This document shows, piece after piece, positions 38,768 through 54,053 of a DNA stretch of 64,000 nt. The DNA is from Octopus sinensis. Lineage: Eukaryota. Position numbers and translations under genes: made by a program. The stretch is taken from contig NC_043005.1 in NCBI RefSeq assembly GCF_006345805.1, forward strand, positions 77,500,001-77,564,000, written 5' to 3'. Numbering within the stretch: the first letter of the stretch is position 1; every line of letters starts with the position of its first letter. The notes beneath the pieces are model-generated. The model worked only from the letters and a program-made list of their open reading frames with translations, was not told the origin of the DNA and searched no databases.

Positions 38768-38972
38768 TCTTCTCTACTCTAGGCACAAGGCCCGAAATTT
38801 CGGGGAAAATTCCAGTCGATTAGATCGACCCCAGTACGCAACTGACACTTAATTTATCGACCCCGAAAGGATGAAAGGCAAATCGACCTCGGCGGAATTT
38901 GAACGTAAAGACGGACGATATGCCGCTAAACATTTTGCCCGGCGTGCTAACGATTCTGCCAGCACGCCGTCT
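38768..38972 (-). mobile_element. SINE family A
   Basis: Family A head, core and alternative tail. Confidence 0.88.
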
Positions 38973-39464
38973 TAATCTCCAGGTATATAATGGAAGAATT
39001 TTCTCACCGATTTCCGGTACTTTCTAATATTTTTCTCAGTGTGTCTCACATAATTCTAAATATTTTGCTATTCATTAATATAATTAAATAAACTCTGTAA
39101 TGTGTGAAATCGCAATAAACGGGTGCTGAAATAGTTGAATTATTATACAATATCACAATTCTTCTCATTAAAATCTTAATATCAACTAATTAAACTTACT
39201 AAGGAAATAACGTATCAGTCTCTATCAGTGAAAGGAAACCGTCGTAAAAGAATATTTTGGCAAAGTGTGATTTCTGTATATTCAGCAATGATTTATGTAT
39301 GTAAATTCTTGATAATGAGAGCAACTATATCTACACAAATCCGGATAGCTGTTACACATGACAAATGATTCTCAATAAGATTGTGTACGTATGTGCGTGT
39401 CTGTATGTGTGTATGTGTATGTGTGTGCTATGTGTGACTATGTGTGTGTATGTGCGTTTGTAGG

Positions 39465-39505
<41 letters not shown>

Positions 39506-39506
39506 C

Positions 39507-39727
39507 GGGGAGGTTTACGAAAATAAATAAAAGATGAAGGCAGGTTTACGAAAATAAACAAAAGACGACGGCAGGTGGAGTACAAACAAACAATGTATGG
39601 CGCTCAGGAATAGAAATAAAACAAGTCTTTTACGTTTCGAGCCTACACTCTTCGACAGAAAGATACACAGAAAAGAAACAAGGAAAGAAAAAAATTGCAT
39701 GTAGGGGCTAACGATCCAACATGGCGT
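39507..39727 (-). mobile_element. Short pLTR-like element with a hammerhead variant (39626-39663); second copy at 63655-63855
   Basis: Minus strand TCTTT-CTGTCGA-A-GAG-TGTAGG-CTC-GAAA-CG-TA-AAAGA; abuts (TA)n. Confidence 0.7.
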
Positions 39728-39807
39728 TTATAAAGTCGACAGATGGATAACGACTGAAGCAGTATTTATGCTAAATGGCAATCTTTATATCCAACTTAAC
39801 GTGGACG

Positions 39808-40326
39808 TAGTGTTTGAGAGTCAAGTACTGCGTTATCTACTTTGAGAGGACGTCCCATATTGACGCATGGAGCATAAACGCACATGTATTTATATTCTCG
39901 TCTGCCAGCGATATAAATATGAGTTTTTATGGACCATCTGTCCAATGGAGATGTCCTCCTAAAGTAAGTACCGCAATAATCCGCATTGTAACAATATAGC
40001 CACGTTAGGTTTGATATAAAGACTGATTTTAGTATCAATACTGCTCTTGTCGCAAATAATTTATTATTAATAAGTCTGTTGGATATTTGCAGGATAAGTA
40101 CATGAACAGTCAATCAAATTCCATATATTACTGGCTGTGATAATTGGCTGTATGCGTCTACCGGACGTCAGCCACTAAAGAGATGTCATCTTGATGTGGC
40201 AGTTCTGGCGTCCGTAACAGATGAGTTTCGTCTGCCAGCAGTATAAATATACGTACCTTGCACCATGCGCCCATATGAGAGGTCCTCTCGAGGTCAATAG
40301 TGCAGTATTCGGCGCTCTAACAATGC

Positions 40327-40327
<1 letters not shown>
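39808..40327. repeat. Three-arm inverted/direct repeat cluster (~90-bp arms)
   Basis: 39808-39895 is the reverse complement of 40240-40325; 39898-39995 is a direct, diverged homolog of 40228-40325. Confidence 0.65.
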
Positions 40328-40414
<87 letters not shown>

Positions 40415-40799
40415 GAAGAGAGGTATGTAGGTAGGTTGGTAGATAGAGAAATATGTATGTGGTAAAAAGTTGGATTTATACATGATCATTCATTTTTATA
40501 CTTTTTGAGATCTAGTTATAAGTTATATGTTTTATAAAAATATATATTATTTGTTATTTATGTTTTGGTTTATGTCTATCTCTGTTTGAGTTGCATAATA
40601 GTGGTTTTGTCTCAAATTAATATTTTATATTTTATACATACAACACACATATACACATACATACATATATATGTATATATAGATATATATATATATATAT
40701 TATATATATATATATATTATATATATATATATTATATATATATATATATTATATATATTATATATATAATTATATATTATATTATATCTATATATATAA

Positions 40800-41665
40800 A
40801 TAATAAATATAGGGGATATAAATCAAATTACAGGGAAAAAATCAGATTTAGGATTAAATCCAATTTTATAGTAAAATATTAGAAATATTATTAGAGACAA
40901 AACCACTATTTGCAAAAAAACAAGGAAAGACTTAATCAAATACATAAAATTTAATAAATAGTCAAAAAAACCGCCACTACAATTGTTTTTGTCTGATCGA
41001 CAATCTTCAGGGGACTTCAATCAAAATATCAATATTTTAAAATATAAAAATAATAATTTTAACAATAATTAAAGTATGAATGAAAAATATAAATATATAA
41101 TCCATATATAACCTATATATAATCCATATATAATCAATATATAAACAATATATAAACTAAAATAAACCTATCAACAATTAAATATAAAATATAAATATAA
41201 AAATAAAACAAAACAAAAAAATAATAATAAATAATAATAAACATATATACCACCCATACACATTATACCTAATTATATATAACCATATCTAATACCTACA
41301 CTAAATCACACCCATATATATATATCCCTATCATACACATAAAAACGTCTAGCAACTATAAATAAATAAAATAGCTAAATACTTCAACACAATACTTATT
41401 CATACTCCCACACACACACACATAAACCCCATTCACGCTCTAGAAAACGGACATCACTTAAAATTATGAACGGAGAAATGGAATAAATGAATTAAAAATT
41501 ATATTCACTTGGTAAACGAACACTACTTAAAAATTATGAATGAACAATGCAATAACACAACAGACATCGCAAATAGACACAAATTACTACGAATCCTTAA
41601 CAACCTACCATGATAACCAAAACTCATAAAACATATAATGATAAAATCTCCCTTACTAACTCTAT
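40800..41665 (-). mobile_element. Penelope-like pLTR/3' region between (TA)n tracts with a degenerate hammerhead (40973-41015)
   Basis: Minus strand GTCCC-CTGAAGA-T-TGTC-GATCA-GACA-AAAA-CAATTG-TA-GTGGC; opposed homologous fragment at 40540-40640. Confidence 0.65.
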
Positions 41666-41688
41666 ATATATATATATATATTATATAT

Positions 41689-41733
<45 letters not shown>

Positions 41734-41804
41734 AGATATTATTAATATATATATATCATTATATATATATATCATATATATAGATAATATATATATATAT
41801 ATAG

Positions 41805-41839
<35 letters not shown>

Positions 41840-41876
41840 TATAATAATATATAATATATATATATATTAATATATA

Positions 41877-41945
<69 letters not shown>

Positions 41946-42140
41946 AAGAGAGAGCGAGTGAGGGAGAGACAGAAAGATATAAAGATACGGAGAAACAGAT
42001 ACAAGGAGATATGTATGCATATGCATACATGCATATCTCTCTCCCTACCCCCTCTCTCTATATATATTTATATATATTCTGTTATTCTTTTATTCTTTTA
42101 TTCTTTAATTGTTTCAGTCATTTGACTGCAGCTATATATA

Positions 42141-42189
<49 letters not shown>

Positions 42190-42266
42190 ATGTGTATGTA
42201 TGTATATGTGTATGTATGTATGTATGTATGTATGTATGTATGTATGTATGTATGTATGTATGTATA

Positions 42267-42540
42267 GGCGCAGGAATAGCTGTGTGGTAAGAAGCTGACT
42301 TCCTAACCACATGTTTCCGGGTTCAGTCCCACTGTAGCCTCGGGTTGACTAAAGCCTTGTGAATGTATTTGGTAGACGCAAACTGAAAGAAGGCCGTCGT
42401 ATATATGTATATATGCGTGTGCATATGTTTGTGTGTCTGTGTTTGACCATCACTTCACAACCGATGTTGGTGTGTTTACGTTCCCGTAACTTAGCGGTTC
42501 GGCAAAAGTAACCGATAGAATAAGTACTAGGCTTACAAAG
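42267..42540 (+). mobile_element. SINE family B, internally deleted and 3'-truncated
   Basis: Family B head and body. Confidence 0.85.
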
Positions 42541-43859
42541 AGATCTAACTGTGGGAATTAAAAGTACGGGAAAAAATGTGTATCCAAACTTAGTAAAATT
42601 TATATATAAAAATATTTAAAATTTAGAAACGGATTTAAGAACCAAGTAAGAGAAGAATGATAGATAAAGCAACCTAAGTCATAAAAATGGGGTATTTTTA
42701 TATATATAAGATAAACCTCAGAATGTATTATGAAACGACCGTAATGCACTGATACCTGGATATCCTTGTTACTTATTTGCTTTTTATTCACCTAACTTCG
42801 CGCTGAGCGGACAATACTGACTGTCTTGGTGCCTTAACTTAAATTCCTCATTTATTATATCCCTTCATCGGAGACGATGTGAGAAGATGGTTAAGCAATA
42901 ATTAATTTAGATAAGATACGAAATAGAGAGTGAAGTGGAAGAATGAAAATAGATGTGAGATATGCAGGGATATTGCATTTGTAGATCCATTATTTAGGCA
43001 GAATGGTATACATATAAGATTCCAATACCTTGTGAGTAAAATCCAATAGTATCTAAAATTGGTCATTCCAAGTATAGAATTTGTATATAGTGCTATTGAA
43101 TCAATGGTTTTATTTAAAGTGTCCTAAAAGTAGGGAATGTATTTGTAGGTCAAATCGAAAACAGGAAGAGAGGAAAAAAGAAAAGAAAGGAAAAAAGAAA
43201 ACAAGGAGAGAGATAATAAGGGAAAGTGTACCAGTTAGTGGTCAGTCAAGATAATTTGAAAGTAGGAGTGAGGAGATGAGGGTGATAGAGAGAGAGAGAG
43301 GTATATACAGTAAAGTAGTGTCAGTTAAGTAGTGATAGAGTCTAAGTGAGAGGGGTAGTAGTATAGAATTAAGAATTTAGGAATATAGATTAGGTGGTGG
43401 GACAGGTCAATGCTTAGTAGTAGAGAAGAAAATATATATGTGGAGATGTATGCACATGTATTTATTAGACATGTATATATATATATAATATATATATATA
43501 TATATAGTATAGATATAGATATAGATCTAGAGATTATATATATAATTATATATATACATGTCTAATAAATGTTTATACATATCAATATCTACATATACAA
43601 CTCGTACTCATATGTATATGTACACCTGCACATCCCTATATATGTGTATCTGTACATATTATCGCCCCTGCACACGCAGGTATATATTCCTTGCATACAT
43701 ACATTCAGTCTAGTATACATAGAGTCTAGTATTTTAAAGAAAGATCTAGCTAAGTTCTTACCCAGCATAACCTGACAAATTTGGGTCTTACTGACAGCAT
43801 TACATACATACATAACCGCATATACACACACATACATATACACGCACATATGCCTGCAC

Positions 43860-44909
43860 GCATATACACACGAATATAATTAGATGGTTGTGATATTCGA
43901 GTATGAGGGAGGAATTAGATAGGGATTAAGAGTTAAAATATAGATTTATAAGGTTATTGGGATTACCTAAGGGTATTGTGGAAATATACTGTATGGTCGT
44001 TTAGGCATTTGGATTTGTGGTAGAATTTGAATGTGTGAAAAAAGCGGTGGTTGCATGTGTTTAGTGCCTCATGTTTATTTGGCAGTGCTGGAGAGTTCTG
44101 CTTTAATATATGAAGTGCCCTTAGTCCAGTGTGGACCATGATAGAGTATAGGGTATATTTGTATTTTTGAGATGATGTATGTGGTTGGCGAGTGTTGTAG
44201 ATTTACTATGTTTATCGTATCTAAAAGAATGGAGGTTAGTGGCATATCGTTGCTTAAAATAATTGGTTGATCCTATGTATATGGCAGTAGAGTTGTGTAA
44301 TAGATTAAGGACAGTGCATTTGTAAATTACATTATAACTTCTGGGTTTGTAACAGGAAAATGGTTCCAGGACGGCAATTGCAATTAGATGAATTTTGGGG
44401 ACTGTGTTCAGAAATAGAGGAGGTAATATCGTCAGAGCAGAGATTAAAGAAGGGGGTAGAAATTCTATATTATTAGTATTATTAACGTTATCATTACTAT
44501 CATTGCTATTATTACTATTGAAGTTATTAATTGTACTATTTGTAAGGATGGTAGAAATTGTGGTGGTGTTCCGGGCAGTGTCAGTAGGATGGGTTCGGTT
44601 GTGGTTGTGGTCTAATGTAAGGGTATCTGTGCTTGAGCTGTATGTGTGTTGAGTGATAGTATGACTAGAGTTGTAGTTATGTGAGTTTTGATAGTAAAGA
44701 GAAAGCTTTTGCTTATTAGAGGCTACTACAATAGATTCTAAGTTGGGTGAGGTAGAATAAGAAAGTTTCAGGGTGGATCTATTAAAAATAGAATGATATT
44801 TATGTTGGCGAGGGAAGTTAGAGTCTAGTATTTTAAAGAAGGATTTAGCCAAGTTCTTACCCAGCATAACCTGACACCTTTGGGTCTTACTGATACCTTT
44901 ACCTCTCAT
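43860..44909 (-). mobile_element. Naiad-type Penelope-like retroelement fragment (RT thumb, Asn-rich linker, GIY-YIG); 42541-43460 is probably its 3' region
   Basis: KSFFKILDSNFPRQHKYHSIFNRSTLKLSYSTSPN; frameshifted NCNCR; NVIYKCTV...IYIGST..FKQRY...STTLANHIHHLK..YTLSWS; LHILK..NKHEALNTCNHR. Confidence 0.88.
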
Positions 44910-44912
44910 AAC

Positions 44913-44948
<36 letters not shown>

Positions 44949-44998
44949 GTATATATATATACATAACGTATATATATAACGTATATATTATATACAAC

Positions 44999-45039
<41 letters not shown>

Positions 45040-45865
45040 TTTTCATATATATAATGGAAACCAAACACGCAAATCATTGGAAAACTCAGGAAGCAAAATA
45101 GCCAAACTTTGAATTAAATCTACATACATTCAGGTCATACACCTTACAACTGATGGCCAACTGAATTTAAAGCTGAAGAAATTCAAATCTTTTTCCAAAC
45201 ATTGGCGAATTCGGTGAGTAAAATAGAAATATACAGCTATCTGTTGAATTACTTTGACTGAAATGATAAATAAAATTTTATCTTCGTATATTTTTAAAGG
45301 AATACCAATAGTTTAAAGTGATATAAAGTTAAAAGACTTCCTGAAAGTCTCTTGGTCATGTGGAACTTTGCATTTTAGAGTAAAGTAATTAAGTCTTAGC
45401 ACGAAATATCATAATGTTGTAGATAAGGCACGCGACCGACTTAAAAGCTGAAGACCCCTGCTATAGATACATCAGAAAACGGCATTGATTGATGTACCTG
45501 ACAAAAGGCGGGAGTTGTTTAATTTTTATGTTTTTCTTTTTGTTCGCCTTTTTTTCTTCTCTCCTGCCTAAAAATAAATTAAGGTTATTTATCAATATTT
45601 TTATTATCTATGATATATTTTTCCTTAGCAAGAAAGGAAATTAAAATGTAAAGCACTGGCACATCCACATACACTCATATGTATATAGACACATACTCAT
45701 TTATGAGTTCTTTGGTCGGTGGAAATTATATGCATAAATATATATATGGATATATGTCTGTGTGCGTATACATATATATGTATATATCAAGGCAGCCAGC
45801 TGGAAGAATCATATACATAATTGTGTTCTTGAGCAAAACAACTATATCTCACGTTGCGATCACTC

Positions 45866-47180
<1,315 letters not shown>

Positions 47181-47478
47181 TAAATATATATATATATATT
47201 ATATATATATATTATATATATATTATATAATATATATATATATAATATATCAAGACAGCGAGCTGGCAGAATTTTATATATAAAGGCAGAGAGCTGACAT
47301 AATCATATACACATACATACAGTTGATTGTAGAGCGACGTGAGATAAGTGACTTGCTCAAGAACACGATGCGCTGCTCAGTTTAGTAATAGAAATCGCAA
47401 TCGCTAGATCGTAAGCGCAAAGCCTTAACCACCAAACCATGCGGTCTCACGCCTTATAATATATACATATATATATAG

Positions 47479-47566
<88 letters not shown>

Positions 47567-47945
47567 TATATATCCGTCCAAAATATTCTGTTTTATGTTC
47601 AAACTGGTGAGTTCTGGCTTCCCACAGCAACCCTACAACATTCTAAAACTTAAGTTTCCAGCATCAAAATCTTAAAGCTACATGAAAATGCATGATTAAT
47701 TCAATGTGAATAAATGTTACTTTTGACAAAATAATGTGAATGCTAGTTAACCCATTGCCTGGTTTAACACTATCACCTGGCACCTCAGGTGCTTTTAGCA
47801 GTGCCCACTCTTTTGCATGCATTGAGGCCATGTCTCTGGTTTCCTCACTGCATTCTTGGTGGTCCCTTAAAGGGTCATGGGCACTGCCTTTCCTCCTAAC
47901 TAAAAGATGACAAAAAAAATGTTTACTGAAACACTATATATATAA

Positions 47946-48037
47946 TATAGCATAGCTCAGTCGGTAGAGCATCAGACTTTTATAGATCAACCTTAGAAGT
48001 AGTCTGAGGGTCGCGGGTTCGAGTCCCTCTGCGGGCA
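47946..48037 (+). tRNA. Intron-containing tRNA-Lys(UUU), probable pseudogene (acceptor positions 1-4 lost)
   Basis: TAGCTCAGTCGGTAGAGCATCAGACTTTTA [19-nt intron 47983-48001] GTCTGAGGGTCGCGGGTTCGAGTCCCTCTGCGGGCA; TTTT at 48046-48049; expected 5' GCCC replaced by TATA; one T-stem mismatch. Confidence 0.88.
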
Positions 48038-48049
48038 TAAGGTTATTTT

Positions 48050-48150
48050 AGGCGCAGGAGTGGGTGTGTGGTAAGTAGCTTGCTTACCAACCACATGGTT
48101 CCGGGTTCAGTCCCAATGCGTGACATCTTGGGCAAGTGTCTTCTGCTATA
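48050..48150 (+). mobile_element. SINE family B head
   Basis: GGCGCAGGAGTGGGTGTGTGGTAAG...CTTGGGCAAG. Confidence 0.88.
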
Positions 48151-48221
48151 TCTATCTATATACATAGATATATATATATTATATATATATATATATATAT
48201 ATGTGTGTATATATATATATA

Positions 48222-48295
<74 letters not shown>

Positions 48296-48846
48296 ATAGA
48301 TATATATATATATTATATACAGATATATATATACATATATATATATATACAGATATATATATACATATATATATACAATATATATACATATATATACATA
48401 TATATACATATATATATACATATATATACAGATATATATACATAATATATACATATATATTAGATATATTATATACATATATATACATATAATATAATAT
48501 ATATATATATATTACATATATATATACACATATATATATACAGATATATATATACATATATATATATATATTACATATATATATACATATATATACATGT
48601 AAATATACATATATATACATGTATATATACATATATATACATATATATATACATATATATATATACATATATATATACATATATATATACACACATATAT
48701 ATATACATATAATATATACATATACATATATACATATATTATACATATACATATATACATATATATATACATATATATATACATATAATATACACATATA
48801 TATATATATATATACATATATATACATATGTATGTATATATATATG

Positions 48847-48885
<39 letters not shown>

Positions 48886-49489
48886 ATAAGTAGAAAGTAA
48901 TGTAAAAACATTACGGAATATATATTATAAATAATTAAGATTATTTATGAATATATCATTCCCTACATGTTAAAAATAGCAGTCAAAACCGCCATAAAAC
49001 CATTATATCACATATTATTTCTCCTCACAATAAAAACTGTCATCGGGTGATATGGCAAATAGAATCCACAACTTCAAAGTAACTAGTTAATTCCCTATTG
49101 CATTTTCGGCATTAGGAACCTCTTAAGGGACCCATTCGCCTCGTCGGGGGAAATATTCCATTGGGAATAGTTCCCCTGTCGCCCGAAGACAGTTTTATCG
49201 TGCCGAGAAATAATATAAGTGATATAATGTGTGTGTGTGTGTTTGTATTATGTATGTGCATATGTGCGTGAATACGTGTTTATGTGTGGATATGTGCGTG
49301 TGTACGTATTTGTTTTTATGTTTGTAAGAGTATCTTTTCCTGAGTATGCACTCGAGTGAGTGTGAGGGCGCGTTTGGTGCATCGGCGTTACTGTTCGATA
49401 TATTCTAGATTGCCGCTGCTAGATTTGAGAATTAGAAAATATATTTAAATCTATGATAATAGTTCTTATAAAGAGAAAGAGAGAGAGGG

Positions 49490-49507
49490 GAAAGACAGAC
49501 AGACACT

Positions 49508-49596
<89 letters not shown>

Positions 49597-49611
49597 GACA
49601 GACAGACAGAC

Positions 49612-49687
<76 letters not shown>

Positions 49688-49696
49688 GACAGACAA

Positions 49697-49727
<31 letters not shown>

Positions 49728-49735
49728 TGGATAGA
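49490..49735. repeat. (GATA)n microsatellite; others at 2790-2917 and 40328-40413
   Basis: Direct inspection. Confidence 0.95.
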
Positions 49736-50765
49736 TATATTGGTAGGCAGGTAGGTAGACATGTATGCATGTGTATGTATATATGTATATATTTGTGTGT
49801 ATGTGTGTATATTCATGCACGTATGTATGTATGTATATGAATGAAAGATACATAAGCATATATTCTGCGTAGATATTTTGGTGATGGAGGGTGAAGAGTT
49901 GTTGTATGTGTAAAATATTTGATGTCTTACGTGCGTGCTTTCTTATGACCCTCCGCGTCTTTCGTGTAAGTAACGATATATGCTAATATAAAAGACAGCT
50001 TTCTTCCACGCATACCGTAATATATCATGTTGAGACAATCGATTACTATAAACCCTCTGGAATTATAAAATTGGATAAAGCAACTAAACCCTCAATTTGT
50101 ATCTTTCATTTATTACCATGAAATCCCTTTGAAAGTTATCTTTAATATATATTTCTTGTTTGTAATTGGTAGCAGTTGTCGTTACACGCAATTTGTATCC
50201 CAAATCTCGTGATATAGAAAATTAAATTTTTTTTTTAATAATTATGAATTTTATTTATTTCGATAAGCATTAATCATCATACTAAATGTTTGGCTATATC
50301 ATTCCACTTGTTAACCATTTGCTATGTTCTGAGTTACCTGTTCAAAGAGCAATCACAGACCACTAAGAATGATGATGTGCTGGAGTTAAGAAGAACAATG
50401 AATCCATTAGAATATATTTTATGACGAAGCAAAATGCCGCTATCATGACAGCCAGCGTTATTTCTTCTTAAGGAGTAAATTTGAATGCCGAATCAGCGGA
50501 TTGGAATTACAATTAAATGAAATCATTAATCAGTTTAAATGCACAAGACTCCGATATATAAATGACTAAAAGATGTCAGCAGAAGGGCACCCAGGAGTCG
50601 TGACCTGGAAGCTGCCTGGCCCTCTTAAAGTGTAAGAGGTTAAAGGATGGAATACTTGGCTGTAGTAGGTTTCTTCTCTGAAGATCCTCTGCTGTTCAGC
50701 TCTCTGGAGAGTTCCATTACTATTCTGTTAGGCTCATTGTCTTTAATAAAACATAGAAGCTTATC

Positions 50766-50843
<78 letters not shown>

Positions 50844-51619
50844 GTGTGTGTAATTTGTATGTGAGAGATACTATTTCCAATGAGTTTTCCCAAACAAAAC
50901 CACTGGCCTCAACAGTAAGACTAAAACGAACGATATAAAGGTTTCAAATTTTGACCCAAAGCTATCAAGATTTTGGAGAGGAGTAACTCAACTGTATCGA
51001 TCCGATTCCTAACATAGTACATATTTTATCTACCCCCTAATGGATGGAAGGCAAAGTCAGCCTTGGTTGTATTTAAACAGAGGACACAAACCCAGAAGAA
51101 ATACTACTAAGCATTTTCCCGATAACGATGCGATAACGATTCTGTCAGCTCGCCGCCATATACCATCGATATAAAATAAATGGCCGACACGCTACAAACT
51201 GCAATAAATCAAGGAGATCAAACATAGCGACATGACCGTTTGGGGAACAACATCGATAATGTTGTACAAGAAGCAGGAATTTTCTACCGCTGTCGAACAA
51301 TGACTCTTAATCGATCATTCACAAATGAGACCAGTAGATGTCTCATTTCTGACCTTTAGCGAATAATGATGCATCAGTTAAGAAGATAACAGCAAACGTG
51401 TTGAAACTTTTGTGAAAGATGAACGAAACTGTTAAAATTATTGGAAATATATTATTAGACGATAGCGAAATACAAGAAGGATATTGAGCATAACCGGTTG
51501 GAGTTTGTTCCATTTGAAATGGATTTGACCAGAAGATTCTGCTCCTGAAACATTACTCTTCATCTGGAAGATATGGAGACCTGTATGGGCGTAGTAACCA
51601 GTCAGTTATTATATGTTTT

Positions 51620-51950
51620 TTTTTGTATGTTTTGAAATGCTTGCTTGTTTGCTTCATACTCTTGCTTGATGAGGTTGGAGTCATTCCAGGTTAATAGTCC
51701 CAGAGACCTCATCAAGCGTATGAACCAGGTCCACCAGTGTTCTCTATTCCTGGCGGTCCCGTGCCGACCCCTTTGCATCCTTCAGGTGACATTGCGCCTC
51801 TGGAGGTCTTTCCCAACCACATCTAGCCATCTGGTTTGGACCTACCATGAGGCTTCTTCCAACCTGCAGTTGCTGCGTCGAATAAGAGTAAAGCCCTGAT
51901 AGGAGGATGATCTAGTGGAAAACGGAGGACATGTCTGTAACAGTGCAGTC
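51620..51950 (-). mobile_element. RTE-clade LINE 3' fragment
   Basis: Minus strand HVLRFPLDHPPIRALLLFDAATAGWKKPHGRSK resembles the RTE C-terminal GHVxR...W.RPRGRP motif. Confidence 0.7.
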
Positions 51951-53323
51951 AGTCAAATAGTTTTACGTCTTCAACTGGGAGCCGAAGACAATAATAGTCT
52001 CATCCCACGGATACGTGAGGCTTGTTGCCCAAACTTTTATTGAAGAATACAGATAAGCGCGGAAAAAAGAAAAATGAATAATTCACTTTCTTGTAATGAG
52101 AAACTTAATCCTCTTAATATCACTACGACCGTCACCTAACACTTGAGTAGCTTTGATGGAGTTCGTTATTTCAAGCGTATGAACCAGGCTCCTGTGCTGG
52201 GGGTTTTCCATCACTTCACTAATCTACGTGACTTCAAAATGGTATGAATGCTGCATTCCTTCCTCCTGAGTAGACCTATGATTAATGGTCTACTCATGAC
52301 CGTTTTGATGTTGTTAAAAATAAATCATAGGAAATCTTTTATTAATTTATGTAAGCAATTATACGCACTTAACACTCCACTTGTGTTGACGAGACGTATG
52401 AAGTTTTAAAGAAAATGTTTAGTGATTGATTACAAGCACCTTACTATCTTATTATCAAATTAATATTTAAAATATTCAAATTAAGTAAATAGTCAAGCGT
52501 ATCATCCTGACATCTACATCAATAATCGGCATTGATATCGGTTTCCTCACGGTTTAGTTTATCGATATTTTTTTAGCGTTTAAAAGTGGCCATAACGTTT
52601 ATAAATATCCTTTTGATTAAATCTTCTGCAGCCATTATTCTGACCTCCAATTCATTAGTTTTTAAATCAATTAGAATACATCAACGTATGCTGATTAAAT
52701 GTATCTATATAAATCTTCGAGATTTATTTAAATAAAGTGATAAGTGGGAATATTTATTTTTTATATATAATAATTAGTATTTGATCAGTATATTCTTTCT
52801 CCAAAGCTATTTGATATTATTTCGTTGCCCTGAAACTGTCATTATACAAATATATGTCATCCAAGTACAAATATGCTTAGTGCAGTGAGCAAAAATAAAT
52901 AAACTATTTAATCAAGATTGAACATAGAGTAAAGAAACGAAACTATTAATCTGCTTAAATGTGTTCAAGTCGAGTAGGGACAACAACTTATAAATCTTAG
53001 TTAATAGCACGTCAGAAAAACTGCTTAGCAACATTTCTTACAGTATTTTACATTCTTAGTTCAAACACCACTGAGATCAACTTTGCCCTTCATCCTTTCG
53101 GGGGTTCGATAAAATAAGTACCAGTCGAGCACAGAGATTGATATAATCGACTTATCCCCCTCCACTAAAATAACTGGTTTTGTGCCAAAATTAGAAACAA
53201 TCAACTTTAAAATTGCGCATACGGTGGAGTGAAAGAAACTACTTGCATCTTGGCTAATATTAATTTAATCTGATCAGTATGTTAGTACTAACTTGTTCTA
53301 TACTGATAGCGTGGGTAATTTTG

Positions 53324-54053
53324 GATGCTCCTTTGGCGTGTGATCTACAGAAGAGATTACTTTAGGTTACTCTTTTCTAAAAACCTGTAAGATGTTGGCT
53401 AAAGACTGTTACAATGTGAACAGCAACGAGACGAAGACAGTTGCATTTTTATAAGAAACCAGCACTAAATTCACATAATTTCCTAAGGAAAGAAACGTGT
53501 CACTTTGCCATGTGAGCTACAATTTAAAGGGAGATTACTTAGGTTACTTTTCAGTTGACTTTTCAATTTCTAAGAACCCATAAGATTACTTTGAAATTTC
53601 TCAATAGTTTAGTTCGCCCGATGACGAGCCACGTCTCATGCGGCCCGCTTCTCGAATAAAGATTGTTACAATGGGAACAGCAACGAGACGAAGGCAATTT
53701 CCCTTTTACAGGAAACCAGAAGGCAGTTGCATTTTTACAAGAAACCAGTATTAAATTCACATAATTTCCTAAGAAAAGAAACGTGTCACTTTGCCATGTG
53801 AGCAACAATTTAAAGGGAGATTACTTTAGGTTACTTTTTAGTTTACTTTGTGTTAATGCTAATTTCCGTGGGATCTACGTGAGCAAATTTACTTTGGTGG
53901 GTGATCTACGCGCTTATTTTAATCATTATATAGGTTTTTCTTAATATCAAAATAGTAAGAATTTGGAAAAAAAATAAATTTACAATTACAAAATAATTTT
54001 AAAAGTAACCTAAAGTAATTTTCCCTTCGTAGATCACACGCCAAACAAGCACC
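53324..54053. mobile_element. Non-autonomous TIR element with internal tandem duplication (superfamily uncertain); related fragment at 56995-57075
   Basis: TIR TTTGGCGTGTGATCTAC..ATTACTTTAGGTTACT versus AGTAACCTAAAGTAAT..GTAGATCACACGCCAAA; 53403-53560 repeated at 53659-53850. Confidence 0.75.

Noticed and set aside
43860-44909. Selenocysteine-encoding Naiad with a SECIS element
   Set aside because: No in-frame TGA at Cys positions seen (CNC and CxxC use TGC/TGT) and no SECIS-like AUGA/AA/GA fold recognised downstream
48068-48911. Many Tyr/Ile/His-rich ORFs in the ORF track
   Set aside because: Translations of (TA)n, (CA)n, (GATA)n and (CATA)n repeats
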